Positions 9,136 through 18,729 of a stretch of 64,000 nt of DNA are shown piece by piece. Each line of letters opens with the position of its first letter. Position 1 is the first letter of the stretch. The stretch is taken from IMG/VR virus record IMGVR_UViG_3300036766_001793, positions 64,001-128,000 of that record; one strand, written 5' to 3'. Source of the stretch: a virus. The notes under the pieces were generated by a model, which saw only the letters and a list, made by a program, of their open reading frames with translations, was not told the origin of the DNA and did not search any database. The position numbers and the translations under genes were made by a program.

Positions 9136-11196
9136 TCAGCCCCCGGAGCGGCCCCTCGCCACGACGAGCACCGCCCGCGCGGCCCTCACGACGACCAGGG
9201 TCCCGCGGCCGCCGATCCTCGTGTGGTCGGGCGGCTGCCGGCCGTCGCTGTGGGACCACTGCACCGCCCCCGCTGCCAGGACCCGCCTGAGCGCCTCCGC
9301 GACGAGGCCGGCGGCGGCCCCGGAAGCCGCCTCGCTGGACTCCCAGGCCGCCGCGGCGAGCGGCGCGAGGGCCCTGGCGGACTCGGCCTGCTGGGGGCCG
9401 GCCGGCGCGAGCCTCCTGATCCGCTCCGCCGGCTGCGCGGCCGCTGCGACGAGCGCCCTCTTCCACTCCGCCGGCAGCCCGCCCTGTACCGGGAGCAGCC
9501 TCAGGACGTCGACGTTGACGCGCCCCGTCTGCGAGACTATGGTGACCGTCTGGACCAGGTGCACCGCCTCCACCCCGGCGGTGCCCTGGATCCTGGTCTT
9601 GAGGAGGGCCTCGATGGCCTCAGCGGCGGCCCGCCTGACCGCGAGGACGAACTCCGCGCCGGCCGCCCCGCTCGCCCGGAGGAGGCGGGCAGACTCCGCC
9701 GGGGCGGCCGCCGACGAGCCCGACGGCGCCAGGAACTCCCACCACCCCTGGGCGGCGGCGGGGACCTGCCGCTTGGCCTCCAGCGGGAGGGCGGCATAGG
9801 CGCCCAACAGCCTGATGGACTCCCAGTCGATGGCCGCCGCCGCGATGATGGCCGAGGACACAGCCTGGGCGGACTCGACGAGGACGACGGCCTGCCGGAG
9901 GACCCCATTGCCGTGTGCCTCCAGCCGCAGGAGGGCCGCCTGGCCGAGCCGCTCGAGGGCCTCCAAGACGAATGGGGCCGCCGACGCCAAGAGGCCGACG
10001 GCCTCGACCTCCGCGTTGGCCGATCCCGGCTCGGCCGCCTCGTTGGCCTCGGCACCGGCCGCCGCCTGGGAGAGCGCGGTCGACTGGGCCTCGACGTACT
10101 GGACCTGGTCGGAGCTCGAGTGCCCGCGGGCCTCGACCGCCTCGGCCGACTGGCCCGAGGTGTAGCCAAGTGCCTCCAGCGGCTCCGCCGCGGAGTGGCC
10201 CACCCTCTCGTTAGATTCCAACGGCCCCTCGGCCGCTGAACCTGAGGCCTGCTGGGCCTCTATGCCACCATCGGCCTGCTGGGCGGAGGCCTCGTTCGAC
10301 TCCATGGGCCCTGGGACCGGCGAGCTGAGCCGGTTCCCGAACTCTACCGGCCCCTCCGATAGCGAGTCTACCGCCTGCCCGGCCTCCAGCGGCCCCTCGG
10401 CCTGGGAGCCCACCCCCAGCTGGGCCTCCAGCGGGACGGCAGCCTGGGCCGCGCCGGGCGCCTGGGCCTCCAGCGACCCGTCCGCCTGGGAGGAGATAGC
10501 CTCGTTGGACTCTGCGCCGGTCTCCGCCTGGAAGGAGGACAGGGCCTCCGACTCGAACGGCTCCACGGCCTGCGCCGCTGAGTAACCGGCCGACTCGAGC
10601 GCCCCCACCGCCTGGGACGCCGAGTGCCCCTCGGCTTCGACCTGGGCCTCAGCACCGCCTGGGCCAGCCTTTTCGTTCGACTCGACCGGCGCCTCCGCAA
10701 CCCCTGGCCCCGCGATCTCGTTGGACTCGAGGGACGCATCTGCCTGGGAGCCAGAGGACCCCTTGGCCTCGAGCGGGGTCTCCGCCTGGGCCGCGCGGGA
10801 CGCCATGGCCTCGAGCGAGGTGCCGGCGGGCGCGTTCACGCCGAGGTTGGATTCGAGCGCAGCCTCGGCGTCCCCCGGGCCCGCCGTCTCGTTGGCCTCC
10901 AGGGCCACCTGGGAGGGCGAGTCTACTGCCTGCCCGGCCTCCAGTGGCTCCGATGCCAGGGACCCGGTGGTCTGCCCGGCCTCCAGCGGCTCCGAGGCCG
11001 GCGAGCCGACTGCCTGCCCGGCCTCCAGCGGCGCCTGGGCAGTGGCGGAGGCGTCCTCGAGGAGCCTGTACAGCTGGGCGAGCTGCAGCCCGTCGCCGGT
11101 GCCGGCGAGGGACCCGTCCGGGACGGGCAGCAGCCGTGGCGCCGGCAGCCCCAGCCCGATGAGGGAGGACCTCCGGTCCCTCGTGTCTACGGCCAC
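9136..11196 (-). CDS. Fibre-like protein built of ~14-aa (A-x-x-P-L-E-A) repeats
   Basis: Tandem AQAPLEAGQAVGSP / ASEPLEAGQTTGSL units along most of its length. Confidence 0.6.
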   Translation of the reverse strand: MAVDTRDRRSSLIGLGLPAPRLLPVPDGSLAGTGDGLQLAQLYRLLEDASATAQAPLEAGQAVGSPASEPLEAGQTTGSLASEPLEAGQAVDSPSQVALEANETAGPGDAEAALESNLGVNAPAGTSLEAMASRAAQAETPLEAKGSSGSQADASLESNEIAGPGVAEAPVESNEKAGPGGAEAQVEAEGHSASQAVGALESAGYSAAQAVEPFESEALSSFQAETGAESNEAISSQADGSLEAQAPGAAQAAVPLEAQLGVGSQAEGPLEAGQAVDSLSEGPVEFGNRLSSPVPGPMESNEASAQQADGGIEAQQASGSAAEGPLESNERVGHSAAEPLEALGYTSGQSAEAVEARGHSSSDQVQYVEAQSTALSQAAAGAEANEAAEPGSANAEVEAVGLLASAAPFVLEALERLGQAALLRLEAHGNGVLRQAVVLVESAQAVSSAIIAAAAIDWESIRLLGAYAALPLEAKRQVPAAAQGWWEFLAPSGSSAAAPAESARLLRASGAAGAEFVLAVRRAAAEAIEALLKTRIQGTAGVEAVHLVQTVTIVSQTGRVNVDVLRLLPVQGGLPAEWKRALVAAAAQPAERIRRLAPAGPQQAESARALAPLAAAAWESSEAASGAAAGLVAEALRRVLAAGAVQWSHSDGRQPPDHTRIGGRGTLVVVRAARAVLVVARGRSGG

Positions 11197-11205
11197 GCGC
11201 CACCC

Positions 11206-14200
11206 CTACTCATCGAACGCCCTCACGACGAGCACACCGGAGCCGAGGCGGACGACCGTGAGCTGCCCCTCGACGACCCTCCGGACGACGAGGGTCCCGA
11301 CGGAGTTCGGCCCCGCCGGCTCGGGGAGGAAGTCTCCGAGGTCGCCGGACTCCCAGTTGACCGCGGCCGCCGGCGGCTGGGCGCGGCCTGGGGCCTCGAC
11401 GTTCTCAGTCGCGGCCCCCGGCCCGCCGCCGGCGAGGGATTCTGCGTTCGTCTGGGCCGTCCTCCTCGCGGCCCCGAGGTGCTCCACGTTGGTCGCGCCG
11501 GCAGACGAGGCCCTCCTGTGGGCCTCCCAGCCGGCCGTGGCGGCAGAGAGGACCCGGTTGGCCGCCTCCATCTGGGTCTGGGCCTGCCACGCGGCGGCGG
11601 CGATGGTTTCGTAGGCCTCCAGCGCCTGGCGGGCGGTGGCCCTGAGCGACTCGTACCCCACCGCCGCCGCGGCGGCCGCGGCGGCGATGGACTCGTAGCT
11701 GGCCGCGGACTGCGCTGACAGCCGGGAGCTGGACTCCACCAGCACCTTGGCCGGGGCGACGATCGAGGTGCTGACGATGACGTACGGGAACTCCCACGGG
11801 ACCTCCGCCTGGGCCCTTACCGAGACGAGGAACTCCCAGCCGGAGTCCTCGGGTCCACGGGCACTCTTGAGAGCCTCGACCGCCGCCTGCGCCTGGCCGC
11901 CGACCGTCCGGAGGGCCTCGAAGACCACGAGGAACGCCGCGCTGGCCTCGAGGTTGCTCTCGACGGCCGCCAAGGCCGCAGCGGAGACGGCGGTCCCCCA
12001 CTCGATGGGGGCGGTCTGGACGCCGAACACGAACCCGCGCGCCTCGAGGCTGGCCGCGCCCGCGGAGTTCCTGTACCCTGCGGCCTCCACCTGGGCGCTG
12101 GAGGTGTTCGCCCTCCTCTGGGTTCGCTCCCAGCTCACCGCAGCGGAGGCCCTCTCCGTCTGGAGGGCCTCGAGTGTGGCCTCGGCGGTCTGGATGACAA
12201 AACCCGGGGTCTCCTCGTACGGAATTTCCACCTGCGAGACGATGCCGATGTTGAACTCGTGAGGCTCCTCCGCCGCCCCGGGCCCGGCGGTGGCGAGGGA
12301 CTCTAGATTCCCCCCTGCGGTCTGGCCGGCGGCCGCCTTGGACTCCATCGGGGCCTCGGCATAGTTGTCCCTGAGGGCGGTGAGGACCTCGAGACCCACC
12401 TCGCTCTGCTGTTTGGCCCCGAGGCTGGACTCGAGGTTGACCTCCGCCGACTGCCCCTCGGGCCCCTCGTTCGCCTCGAGGCCGGCCGCGGCCTGCGAGG
12501 CCACCACCGCCTTGGACTCCATGGGCACGGAGGCGCCCGAGCTGGCACGCCCGGCCGCCTCAACCGGCGCCTCCGCCTGCCCGGCCCCCGCGGGCTCGTT
12601 CGACTCGAAGCCTGCCGCAGCCTCCGAGGCTACCGCCCTCTTGGACTCGACTGGGGCGCCGGCCTGGCCGGCCGCGCGGCCTACGGCCTCGACTGGCGCC
12701 GCCGCGCCGCCGGGCCCCGCGACCTCGTTGGACTCGAGGCCGACCGTGGCCTGGTTGCCGGGGAGCCCGCTCGCCTCGACGTTCCCCTCGGCCGCGGCGG
12801 ACGCGGCGCCCGTCGCCTCCACCTGCGCGGCCGCCTCCTGCTGAACGAAGTACCCGCGGTTCTCGAGGTTGACCGCCGCCTGGGAGCCCTCCACGGCGAG
12901 GAGCGACTCTGCCGGCACGGCGGCGGACGAGTACACAACGGCGGCCGACTCGAGGTTGAATCTCGGGCCGCGGCGCTCCCACTGGATCTTCGCCTTGGCC
13001 CTGGCCGCCGGGCCGACGGCCTCCCACGCCGCCTCCGCGGCCTGGCTGCGGCCCGAGGTCGCCTCGACGGGGGCCACGCCGACCTGGGCCTCGCCCTCCG
13101 TGGAGCGCTGCCACTCGAGGCTGGGCGCCGCCTGGACGGACAGGAAGAGCCCGCTCTCTGCGGGGGCGGCGGCGGCCGCGGCCACGTTCCTCCCGCTCCA
13201 GTCCCACTCGACAGGGACAGTCGCGGCGCCTGGCCCGGCAGGCGCGATGGACTCGAGGCCGAGCTCCCTGGCGGAGGAGGCCCCCACGAACGGCTGCGTC
13301 TCGACGGGGACGCTGGCCTGGGCGCCCGGCTGCCCGTCAGGGAAGCCGGCGGACTCGAGGGGGGCCTCCGCCGCCGAGGACACCAGGTATCCGCGGCCCT
13401 CCAGGTTGACCACCGCGCCGGACTCGACGAGCCGCTTGCTCTCGATCTGCGCGTGGGCCAGGAACGGGGCCAGGGCCTCGAGGCCGGCCTCCGCCGACGA
13501 GGCGGTCGTCGGACGGAGGGACTCGAGGCCGGCCGCCGCGGACTGGGAGGCCGCCGCCTTCCACTCGACCGGGGCGATGGCCTCGCCGGTGAGGAGGTAG
13601 ATCTCCACCGGTATCTCGGCCTGGGCCGCGGCGGCCGCTTCCGTGCGCTCCCACGGGAGGGAGGCCGCCGCGGACACGCCAGTGTTCTTCCACTCCAGCC
13701 GCATCTCCGCGGCGGAGACTATCTCGTAGACCTCGGAGAACTGGCGCAGCCACTCGAGGTTGGCGTCTGCCTGCCGGGTCGTGGCGAGCCTTCCCTCGAG
13801 GTTCGTCTCCGCGGTCTGCGAGACGGCCCGTTTCCACTCGATCGGGATCTGGCCGAGCCCGATGAGGGGAGACTCGAACGGGATCTCAGCCGTCGAGGAT
13901 ACTGACAGCTTGGATTCGAGATTGACCTCGACGGCCCTCTCGACGAGCCCCCTGGCCTCCAGATTGATGAGGGGCAGCTGCGCCTGCTGGGTGACAGACT
14001 TTGCGGATTCCACCGGCACCGAGCTGGACTGGCCAGCCGCTGCCTTGGACTCTAGGTTTACTGTGCCCTGGCGCTGTATGAGGCCCTTGGCCTCTATGTC
14101 GATGGGGGCCTGCTGGGTGACGGACTGTCCGCTGGACTCGAGGTTGACTGAGGCCGTCTGGCTGACCGGGGTCAGGGGCGAGACGAGGTCCGGCAGGGGC

Positions 14201-14301
14201 TCGCCGGCGCGCCAGGCCTCGAACCCGGACGTCCCGGACGTGCCGAGCCCTGGGTACGGCTGCCCGCCGCGGAAGTACTCGAAGCCCTTCGTGTCCGCCA
14301 C
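11206..14301 (-). CDS. 1031-aa fibre-like protein of ~14-aa [PN]-[LVW]-E-[SA] repeats
   Basis: SQTASVNLESSGQS/VTQQAPIDIEAKGL/IQRQGTVNLESKAA...; C-terminal GTLVVRR segment similar to 9136..11196. Confidence 0.6.
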   Translation of the reverse strand: MADTKGFEYFRGGQPYPGLGTSGTSGFEAWRAGEPLPDLVSPLTPVSQTASVNLESSGQSVTQQAPIDIEAKGLIQRQGTVNLESKAAAGQSSSVPVESAKSVTQQAQLPLINLEARGLVERAVEVNLESKLSVSSTAEIPFESPLIGLGQIPIEWKRAVSQTAETNLEGRLATTRQADANLEWLRQFSEVYEIVSAAEMRLEWKNTGVSAAASLPWERTEAAAAAQAEIPVEIYLLTGEAIAPVEWKAAASQSAAAGLESLRPTTASSAEAGLEALAPFLAHAQIESKRLVESGAVVNLEGRGYLVSSAAEAPLESAGFPDGQPGAQASVPVETQPFVGASSARELGLESIAPAGPGAATVPVEWDWSGRNVAAAAAAPAESGLFLSVQAAPSLEWQRSTEGEAQVGVAPVEATSGRSQAAEAAWEAVGPAARAKAKIQWERRGPRFNLESAAVVYSSAAVPAESLLAVEGSQAAVNLENRGYFVQQEAAAQVEATGAASAAAEGNVEASGLPGNQATVGLESNEVAGPGGAAAPVEAVGRAAGQAGAPVESKRAVASEAAAGFESNEPAGAGQAEAPVEAAGRASSGASVPMESKAVVASQAAAGLEANEGPEGQSAEVNLESSLGAKQQSEVGLEVLTALRDNYAEAPMESKAAAGQTAGGNLESLATAGPGAAEEPHEFNIGIVSQVEIPYEETPGFVIQTAEATLEALQTERASAAVSWERTQRRANTSSAQVEAAGYRNSAGAASLEARGFVFGVQTAPIEWGTAVSAAALAAVESNLEASAAFLVVFEALRTVGGQAQAAVEALKSARGPEDSGWEFLVSVRAQAEVPWEFPYVIVSTSIVAPAKVLVESSSRLSAQSAASYESIAAAAAAAAVGYESLRATARQALEAYETIAAAAWQAQTQMEAANRVLSAATAGWEAHRRASSAGATNVEHLGAARRTAQTNAESLAGGGPGAATENVEAPGRAQPPAAAVNWESGDLGDFLPEPAGPNSVGTLVVRRVVEGQLTVVRLGSGVLVVRAFDE

Positions 14302-14308
14302 GGCGGGC

Positions 14309-17077
14309 CTAGGTCACCGAGAGGTCGTCGAAGAACGCCTTCCCCGTGGTGCTGCCCGGGGACCCGGGCGCGGCGAGCCTGATTGTGACGAACCCGGCGG
14401 CGGTCGGGGTGAAGGTGAGCGAGATCTGCTCCCAGGCCCCGGACGGCCCCACCATCTGGGCCTCGTCGTCGGCCACGCCGATCTCGGTGCCGCCGAGGAC
14501 CGACATCGTGGGGGCGTGGTTGAACCGGTACCCGTACATCGAGTACGCGCTGGCTGCCGCGAACTCGTTCATGCTCACCACGTACTTGCCCTTGCCGATT
14601 ACCCCGAGACCGCCGCCGGCGCCGCCGAGCACCGTGCCTGGGCTGGCCACCTTGGTCCCGAACGCGCCGGCGCTCCACGGGTAGAAGTGGATGTATGGGG
14701 AGGTCCAGGTGTGGACCCCGATGTAGTTGCCGCCGGCCAGCCAGGACAGGCCGCCGTAGTCGGCAGGGGCTCCTGGGAGGGTTCCCGGGTCAGAGACCTT
14801 GGCCCCGAAGCCGGTCGTGAAGGGCCAGACGACTATGAACGGGGTGGTCCTCCCGATCACCCCGACGTAGGCGCCGTCCGGGCTCCAGGCCAGGCCCAGG
14901 CTGTTGCCGCCCGCCAGCGTCCCGGGATCGGCGACCTTGGCCCCGAACCCGGCGCTCCACGGGTACACCGAGATGAACGGGGTGGTCGTGTGCGCCACGG
15001 CTATGTAGGTCCCGGCCGGGCTCCAGGCCACCTGGCCGCCTGTGTCGGCCGGCAGGGTCGCGGGGTCCGCTACCTTGGCCCCGAAGGCGCCCCCGCTCCA
15101 CGGGTAGACACTCACGTACGGGCTGGTATTGTGCGACACCGCTATGTAGTCGCCGGCCGGGCTCCACGCCACCGAGTGGGCCACGCCGGTCGGCAAGGTG
15201 GCCGGGTTGGAGGCCGCGGCCCCCACCGCTCCCGTGGCGGCGTCGAACGGGAAGACCTGCACGTACGGACTGCCGGAAAAACACACGGCCAGGTAGGTCC
15301 CGTCCGGGCTCCACGCGCAGGCCCCCTGGACGCCGCCCGCGAGGGTGGCCGGGTCCGGGGACCGCCTCCCCATCTGGCCTGTGGACGGGTCCAGGGAGTA
15401 GACCTGCAGAGTGACATTCCCGGAGACCGCCAGGATCCACTTCCCGCCGGGGTGCACGGCCACGTTCACGTACGGGCCCAGGACGTCCTGTATCGGGGCG
15501 ACCTGGTTGCCGTACTTGAACGCGGCGTAGTTCGAGTCGTACCTGGCGTACACTCTGACCGTCGTGGCGGCGGCGCCGACCGGCAGCAGGAAGTCCCTCG
15601 ACCCGCCCTGGTCGAACCTCAGGGAGTAGGAGCCCGTGCGGATGGTGGAGGCCTCCCTCGCCGCCGACGGCAGCTCCAGCGCGCCGGACGTCACGGTCAC
15701 CTTGGCCGACGAGGGCCTCGACGACCTGGTCAGGTCCTCGCCGGCCGGGGCCACCACCCCCTCCGCCGCCTTGCCGAGCCCGCCAACCGCGTCGAACGGC
15801 GTCCCGAACTGGAGCGGCTGGGCGCCGAACGTCCTCTCGTGGCCGAACGCGAAGAACGGCCCCGGGTTGTTCACACCGAGCAGCGACGTGTTCCCGCCGG
15901 CGGTGACGTTCGTCCCTATGGCCGGGGCGCTAGCCCCGTGGGACAGCCAGACGTTGTTGTTCTCGGTCACCTGTCCCGACGTCATGTTCAAGAAGACGGC
16001 CGTGGCGCCCCCGCCGACCATCCCGACGTTGTAGAAGAGCTTCCAGTTCCTCGTCGGCACGCCGGTCACCTTGCCGCTCGCGCTCAGGGTCGCGAGGATG
16101 TTCGACGACAGGTCCCCCATCATGAACGTGCAGTGGGTCACCGTAAGGTCGGACAGCTTGACGGCGCTGTCGGTGCCGGTTGAGCCGTTGCTAGATGCCA
16201 GCAGTATCCTGGGGACGCCCGACGGGGCCAGGCTGAGGAACATGCAGTTTCGCACCGTCATCCCGAGGGAGAACTCCGTGGTCGTCCCGCTGACGGAGTA
16301 GTTTATGTATATGTCGGGGATGTTGCCCGCGCCGGTCGTCCAGAAGTAGCACCGGTCGAGGAGTATCTCGCCCACGGACTTGGCCGACGCGGCGAGCAGC
16401 ACGTTGAAGTTCCCCCGCTCCGCGTTCACCGTGGTGGTCCCGATGGAGGACTTCAGGAACGCGCAGTCTATGAACCTGAATATGTTTCCCGCCGTGCCGT
16501 TTCCGACGGTGACGCCCTTGGCGCCGCCGGGGTTGAAGCTGACGTTGCGGAACTCCAGCGCGGTGGCGTTCCTGAGGTCGGCCGCCCCGAGCTGCACCTC
16601 TCCGGGGGAGTCCCCGGTGTGGGACCCGTCGTAGTCGCCCTGCACGACGACCGTCCCGACCTGGCCCGGTGAGGCCCCGACCGTCCAGGCGTCCGAGCGG
16701 TAGTCGCCCGGGCCGACGTACACGGCGTCCCCCGCGATCGACACCGGGGCGCCGTTGACCGTCTTCAGGTCGAACACTGCCTTCTGGAGTGTGAGGAACG
16801 CGCCGCCCACCGTCCAGGTCCGCCCGGTCTGGGTGGTGCCGAGGGCGGAGCCGAGCGTGAGCGTGTGGGCGTCGGGGACGGCGACGATCTTCCTGATCGA
16901 GACGGTCGTCGTGTTGACCTGGACGTAGTGGCCGACGTCGGCCGAGGTCCAGGCCGCGGAGGCGGACGTGAGGGTCGTGTTGCTGGCGGAGACCCCGTCC
17001 GTGCCGGTGCTGCGGACCGCGGGCGAGGTCCCGCCGTTCGCGTCGGAGCCGGCCTTCCTGACGTAGAGCGCGGTCAC
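14309..17077 (-). CDS. Virion protein: beta-helix (pectin-lyase-like) plus WD40 propeller inserted in a CBM-like C-terminal domain
   Basis: YVRKAGSDANGGTSP start, AFLTLQKA...GDAVYVGPGDY, ~7 FGAKVADPxTL...AWSPxGxY repeats, C-terminal WEQISLTFTP...AFFDD. Confidence 0.65.
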   Translation of the reverse strand: MTALYVRKAGSDANGGTSPAVRSTGTDGVSASNTTLTSASAAWTSADVGHYVQVNTTTVSIRKIVAVPDAHTLTLGSALGTTQTGRTWTVGGAFLTLQKAVFDLKTVNGAPVSIAGDAVYVGPGDYRSDAWTVGASPGQVGTVVVQGDYDGSHTGDSPGEVQLGAADLRNATALEFRNVSFNPGGAKGVTVGNGTAGNIFRFIDCAFLKSSIGTTTVNAERGNFNVLLAASAKSVGEILLDRCYFWTTGAGNIPDIYINYSVSGTTTEFSLGMTVRNCMFLSLAPSGVPRILLASSNGSTGTDSAVKLSDLTVTHCTFMMGDLSSNILATLSASGKVTGVPTRNWKLFYNVGMVGGGATAVFLNMTSGQVTENNNVWLSHGASAPAIGTNVTAGGNTSLLGVNNPGPFFAFGHERTFGAQPLQFGTPFDAVGGLGKAAEGVVAPAGEDLTRSSRPSSAKVTVTSGALELPSAAREASTIRTGSYSLRFDQGGSRDFLLPVGAAATTVRVYARYDSNYAAFKYGNQVAPIQDVLGPYVNVAVHPGGKWILAVSGNVTLQVYSLDPSTGQMGRRSPDPATLAGGVQGACAWSPDGTYLAVCFSGSPYVQVFPFDAATGAVGAAASNPATLPTGVAHSVAWSPAGDYIAVSHNTSPYVSVYPWSGGAFGAKVADPATLPADTGGQVAWSPAGTYIAVAHTTTPFISVYPWSAGFGAKVADPGTLAGGNSLGLAWSPDGAYVGVIGRTTPFIVVWPFTTGFGAKVSDPGTLPGAPADYGGLSWLAGGNYIGVHTWTSPYIHFYPWSAGAFGTKVASPGTVLGGAGGGLGVIGKGKYVVSMNEFAAASAYSMYGYRFNHAPTMSVLGGTEIGVADDEAQMVGPSGAWEQISLTFTPTAAGFVTIRLAAPGSPGSTTGKAFFDDLSVT

Positions 17078-17313
17078 GGCGACGCCACCGCCCTCTTGGC
17101 CTCGAGGGACAGCCTCACGGAGGCGGAGATCCTGGCCCGGACCTCGGGGGCTCGGGGGACGCCGCGCTTCGAGGCGGCTATGGCCTCGCGGGCCTCCGGC
17201 GTGCGGCGGCGGCCGCGGTTGGCGCGGCCGATGGCCTCCCTGGCCTCCGGGGTGTGCCGGCGCCCGTGGAAGGGGTTCGCCTCGCCTCGCCTGCCGGCCT
17301 TCGCCTGCTCCAT
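17074..17313 (-). CDS. NUMOD3-only small protein
   Basis: NPFHGRRHTPEAREAI repeats; leaderless TAAGAT. Confidence 0.6.
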   Translation of the reverse strand: MEQAKAGRRGEANPFHGRRHTPEAREAIGRANRGRRRTPEAREAIAASKRGVPRAPEVRARISASVRLSLEAKRAVASP

Positions 17314-17476
17314 GCGGGCATCTTAGGCCGCGGGGGATGGATTATGTAACCTCCGCGGCCCTCCTGGCCTTGCCCCTGCGGTAGGCGGTGTGCTGCCCCT
17401 CGGTCAGGGCGAACCCGCCGCCGGCCCTGGCCGCGGAGCGTCCTGGAGGGGGATCCACCGAGCGCGCCGCCAATGG

Positions 17477-17965
17477 CTACTGGTGGTCGGGGGGTGGATC
17501 GACGGCCTCCGACTCTCTCGGCAAGTGCGCGCCGGCCTGGCGGCGCCGCACCCACGCCTCGAACGCGGCCTGCGAGAACGACTCGCGCGCCTCGTCGTTG
17601 AACGTGCGGCCACGGCGCGCCGCTCCCATCTTTTGCTTAGTCTCGTCTGAGGCCTTCCTCCCGATGCTCGCTTCGCGGATGTGCTGTTTGTGCTCCTCGG
17701 TCAGCCTCTTCCCCGCCTGCGCCTTCTTCTGCGATTCTGACATCTTCGCCCTAGTCTCGTCGGAGCGCCTCTGGCCAGTGTGCGAGGCCGCCATCCTGGC
17801 CCTGGTCTCGTCTGAGGCCTTCCTCCCGGTGAGGGTCCGCGAGATCGCCTCTCTCTGTTCCTGGGGGATAGTTCTGCCGCGCTGGGAGTCGCTGATCTTC
17901 CTCTTGGTCTCCTCGCTCTGCGGGTGGCCAACGCGCTTCTTGGGCTCGTCGCGCGAATCATCCAT
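17477..17965 (-). CDS. NUMOD3 repeat protein
   Basis: Several SEETKRKIS/SDETRAKMS motifs, no nuclease domain. Confidence 0.7.
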   Translation of the reverse strand: MDDSRDEPKKRVGHPQSEETKRKISDSQRGRTIPQEQREAISRTLTGRKASDETRARMAASHTGQRRSDETRAKMSESQKKAQAGKRLTEEHKQHIREASIGRKASDETKQKMGAARRGRTFNDEARESFSQAAFEAWVRRRQAGAHLPRESEAVDPPPDHQ

Positions 17966-18542
17966 CCTGTCGGCCCTGTCCTTTCAGAGCACGCCGTCGC
18001 TCCATGCTCGCCCTGCTCATCGGGTTCCCATCCCCTGACGCCCTCTCGCTCGCGGCGTCCTTGACCTCCCGAGTGCGTGTCCTGCCGCGATTGGCGTCAC
18101 CGATCTTCTTGCGGGTCTCTCCAGTCGTCTCGTGCCCCATTAAGGCCGCGCTGAGCTTCTTCCGCGTCTCGTCAGATACGACTCGCCCGATCATGCTGGC
18201 CGACACCTTGGCCCTGGTCTCGGCAGAGGGAACGTAGCCTTTCGGCTGGCCATCCCCTCCGGAGGTCACGTTGAGGAGCGGCACGCCTTTCGACTTGAGC
18301 TCCGCTATCCACCATCGTTCCGCCTCGTCGATGTCCTCTGGGTCTTCCTCGAGAACGATCACGTCGGGGACGATGCCACGAGAGCGGATCCAGTCGCAGA
18401 GAGGGCTCCTCCGCTTCTTGATTGGGTGGGTCGCGGCCCAGTAATGCTGGTCGCGGCGTTTCTCAGCGGCCAGTGTCGTCTTGCCAACATACCTGACGAG
18501 GAACTTGTTCTCTGGTTCATGCAGGGCGTAGATGATCTCCAT
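17958..18542 (-). CDS. GIY-YIG homing endonuclease with NUMOD3 repeats
   Basis: IIYALHE...RYVGKT...R..QH...E..WI...LLN...GGDG; start moved to ATG 18542 (TACTAT 6 nt upstream). Confidence 0.8.
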   Translation of the reverse strand: MEIIYALHEPENKFLVRYVGKTTLAAEKRRDQHYWAATHPIKKRRSPLCDWIRSRGIVPDVIVLEEDPEDIDEAERWWIAELKSKGVPLLNVTSGGDGQPKGYVPSAETRAKVSASMIGRVVSDETRKKLSAALMGHETTGETRKKIGDANRGRTRTREVKDAASERASGDGNPMSRASMERRRALKGQGRQDG

Positions 18543-18680
18543 GAAGGCATAGTACCACAACAGAGAGATTTATTGGTTAGATAGTCTGCCCGCTAAGCTA
18601 TCTCGTGCATCTGGCGGCTGGCCCCCAAGCCGTTCCGATGGGCACAACTAGCCTGGGATGGACAAAATGTCTAGAGAGAA

Positions 18681-18704
18681 CACTGGCCGGTTTCCCGGCC
18701 AGTG
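18681..18704. terminator. Perfect hairpin downstream of 18730..19485
   Basis: CACTGGCCGG-TTTC-CCGGCCAGTG; weak U-tract. Confidence 0.4.
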
Positions 18705-18729
18705 CCCTGTCTCATAGCAGAATAGTGTT

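Noticed and set aside
9136-15500. CRISPR array or DGR template/variable repeats
   Set aside because: The repeats are in-frame coding repeats diverged at the DNA level; there are no spacers, cas genes or reverse transcriptase.
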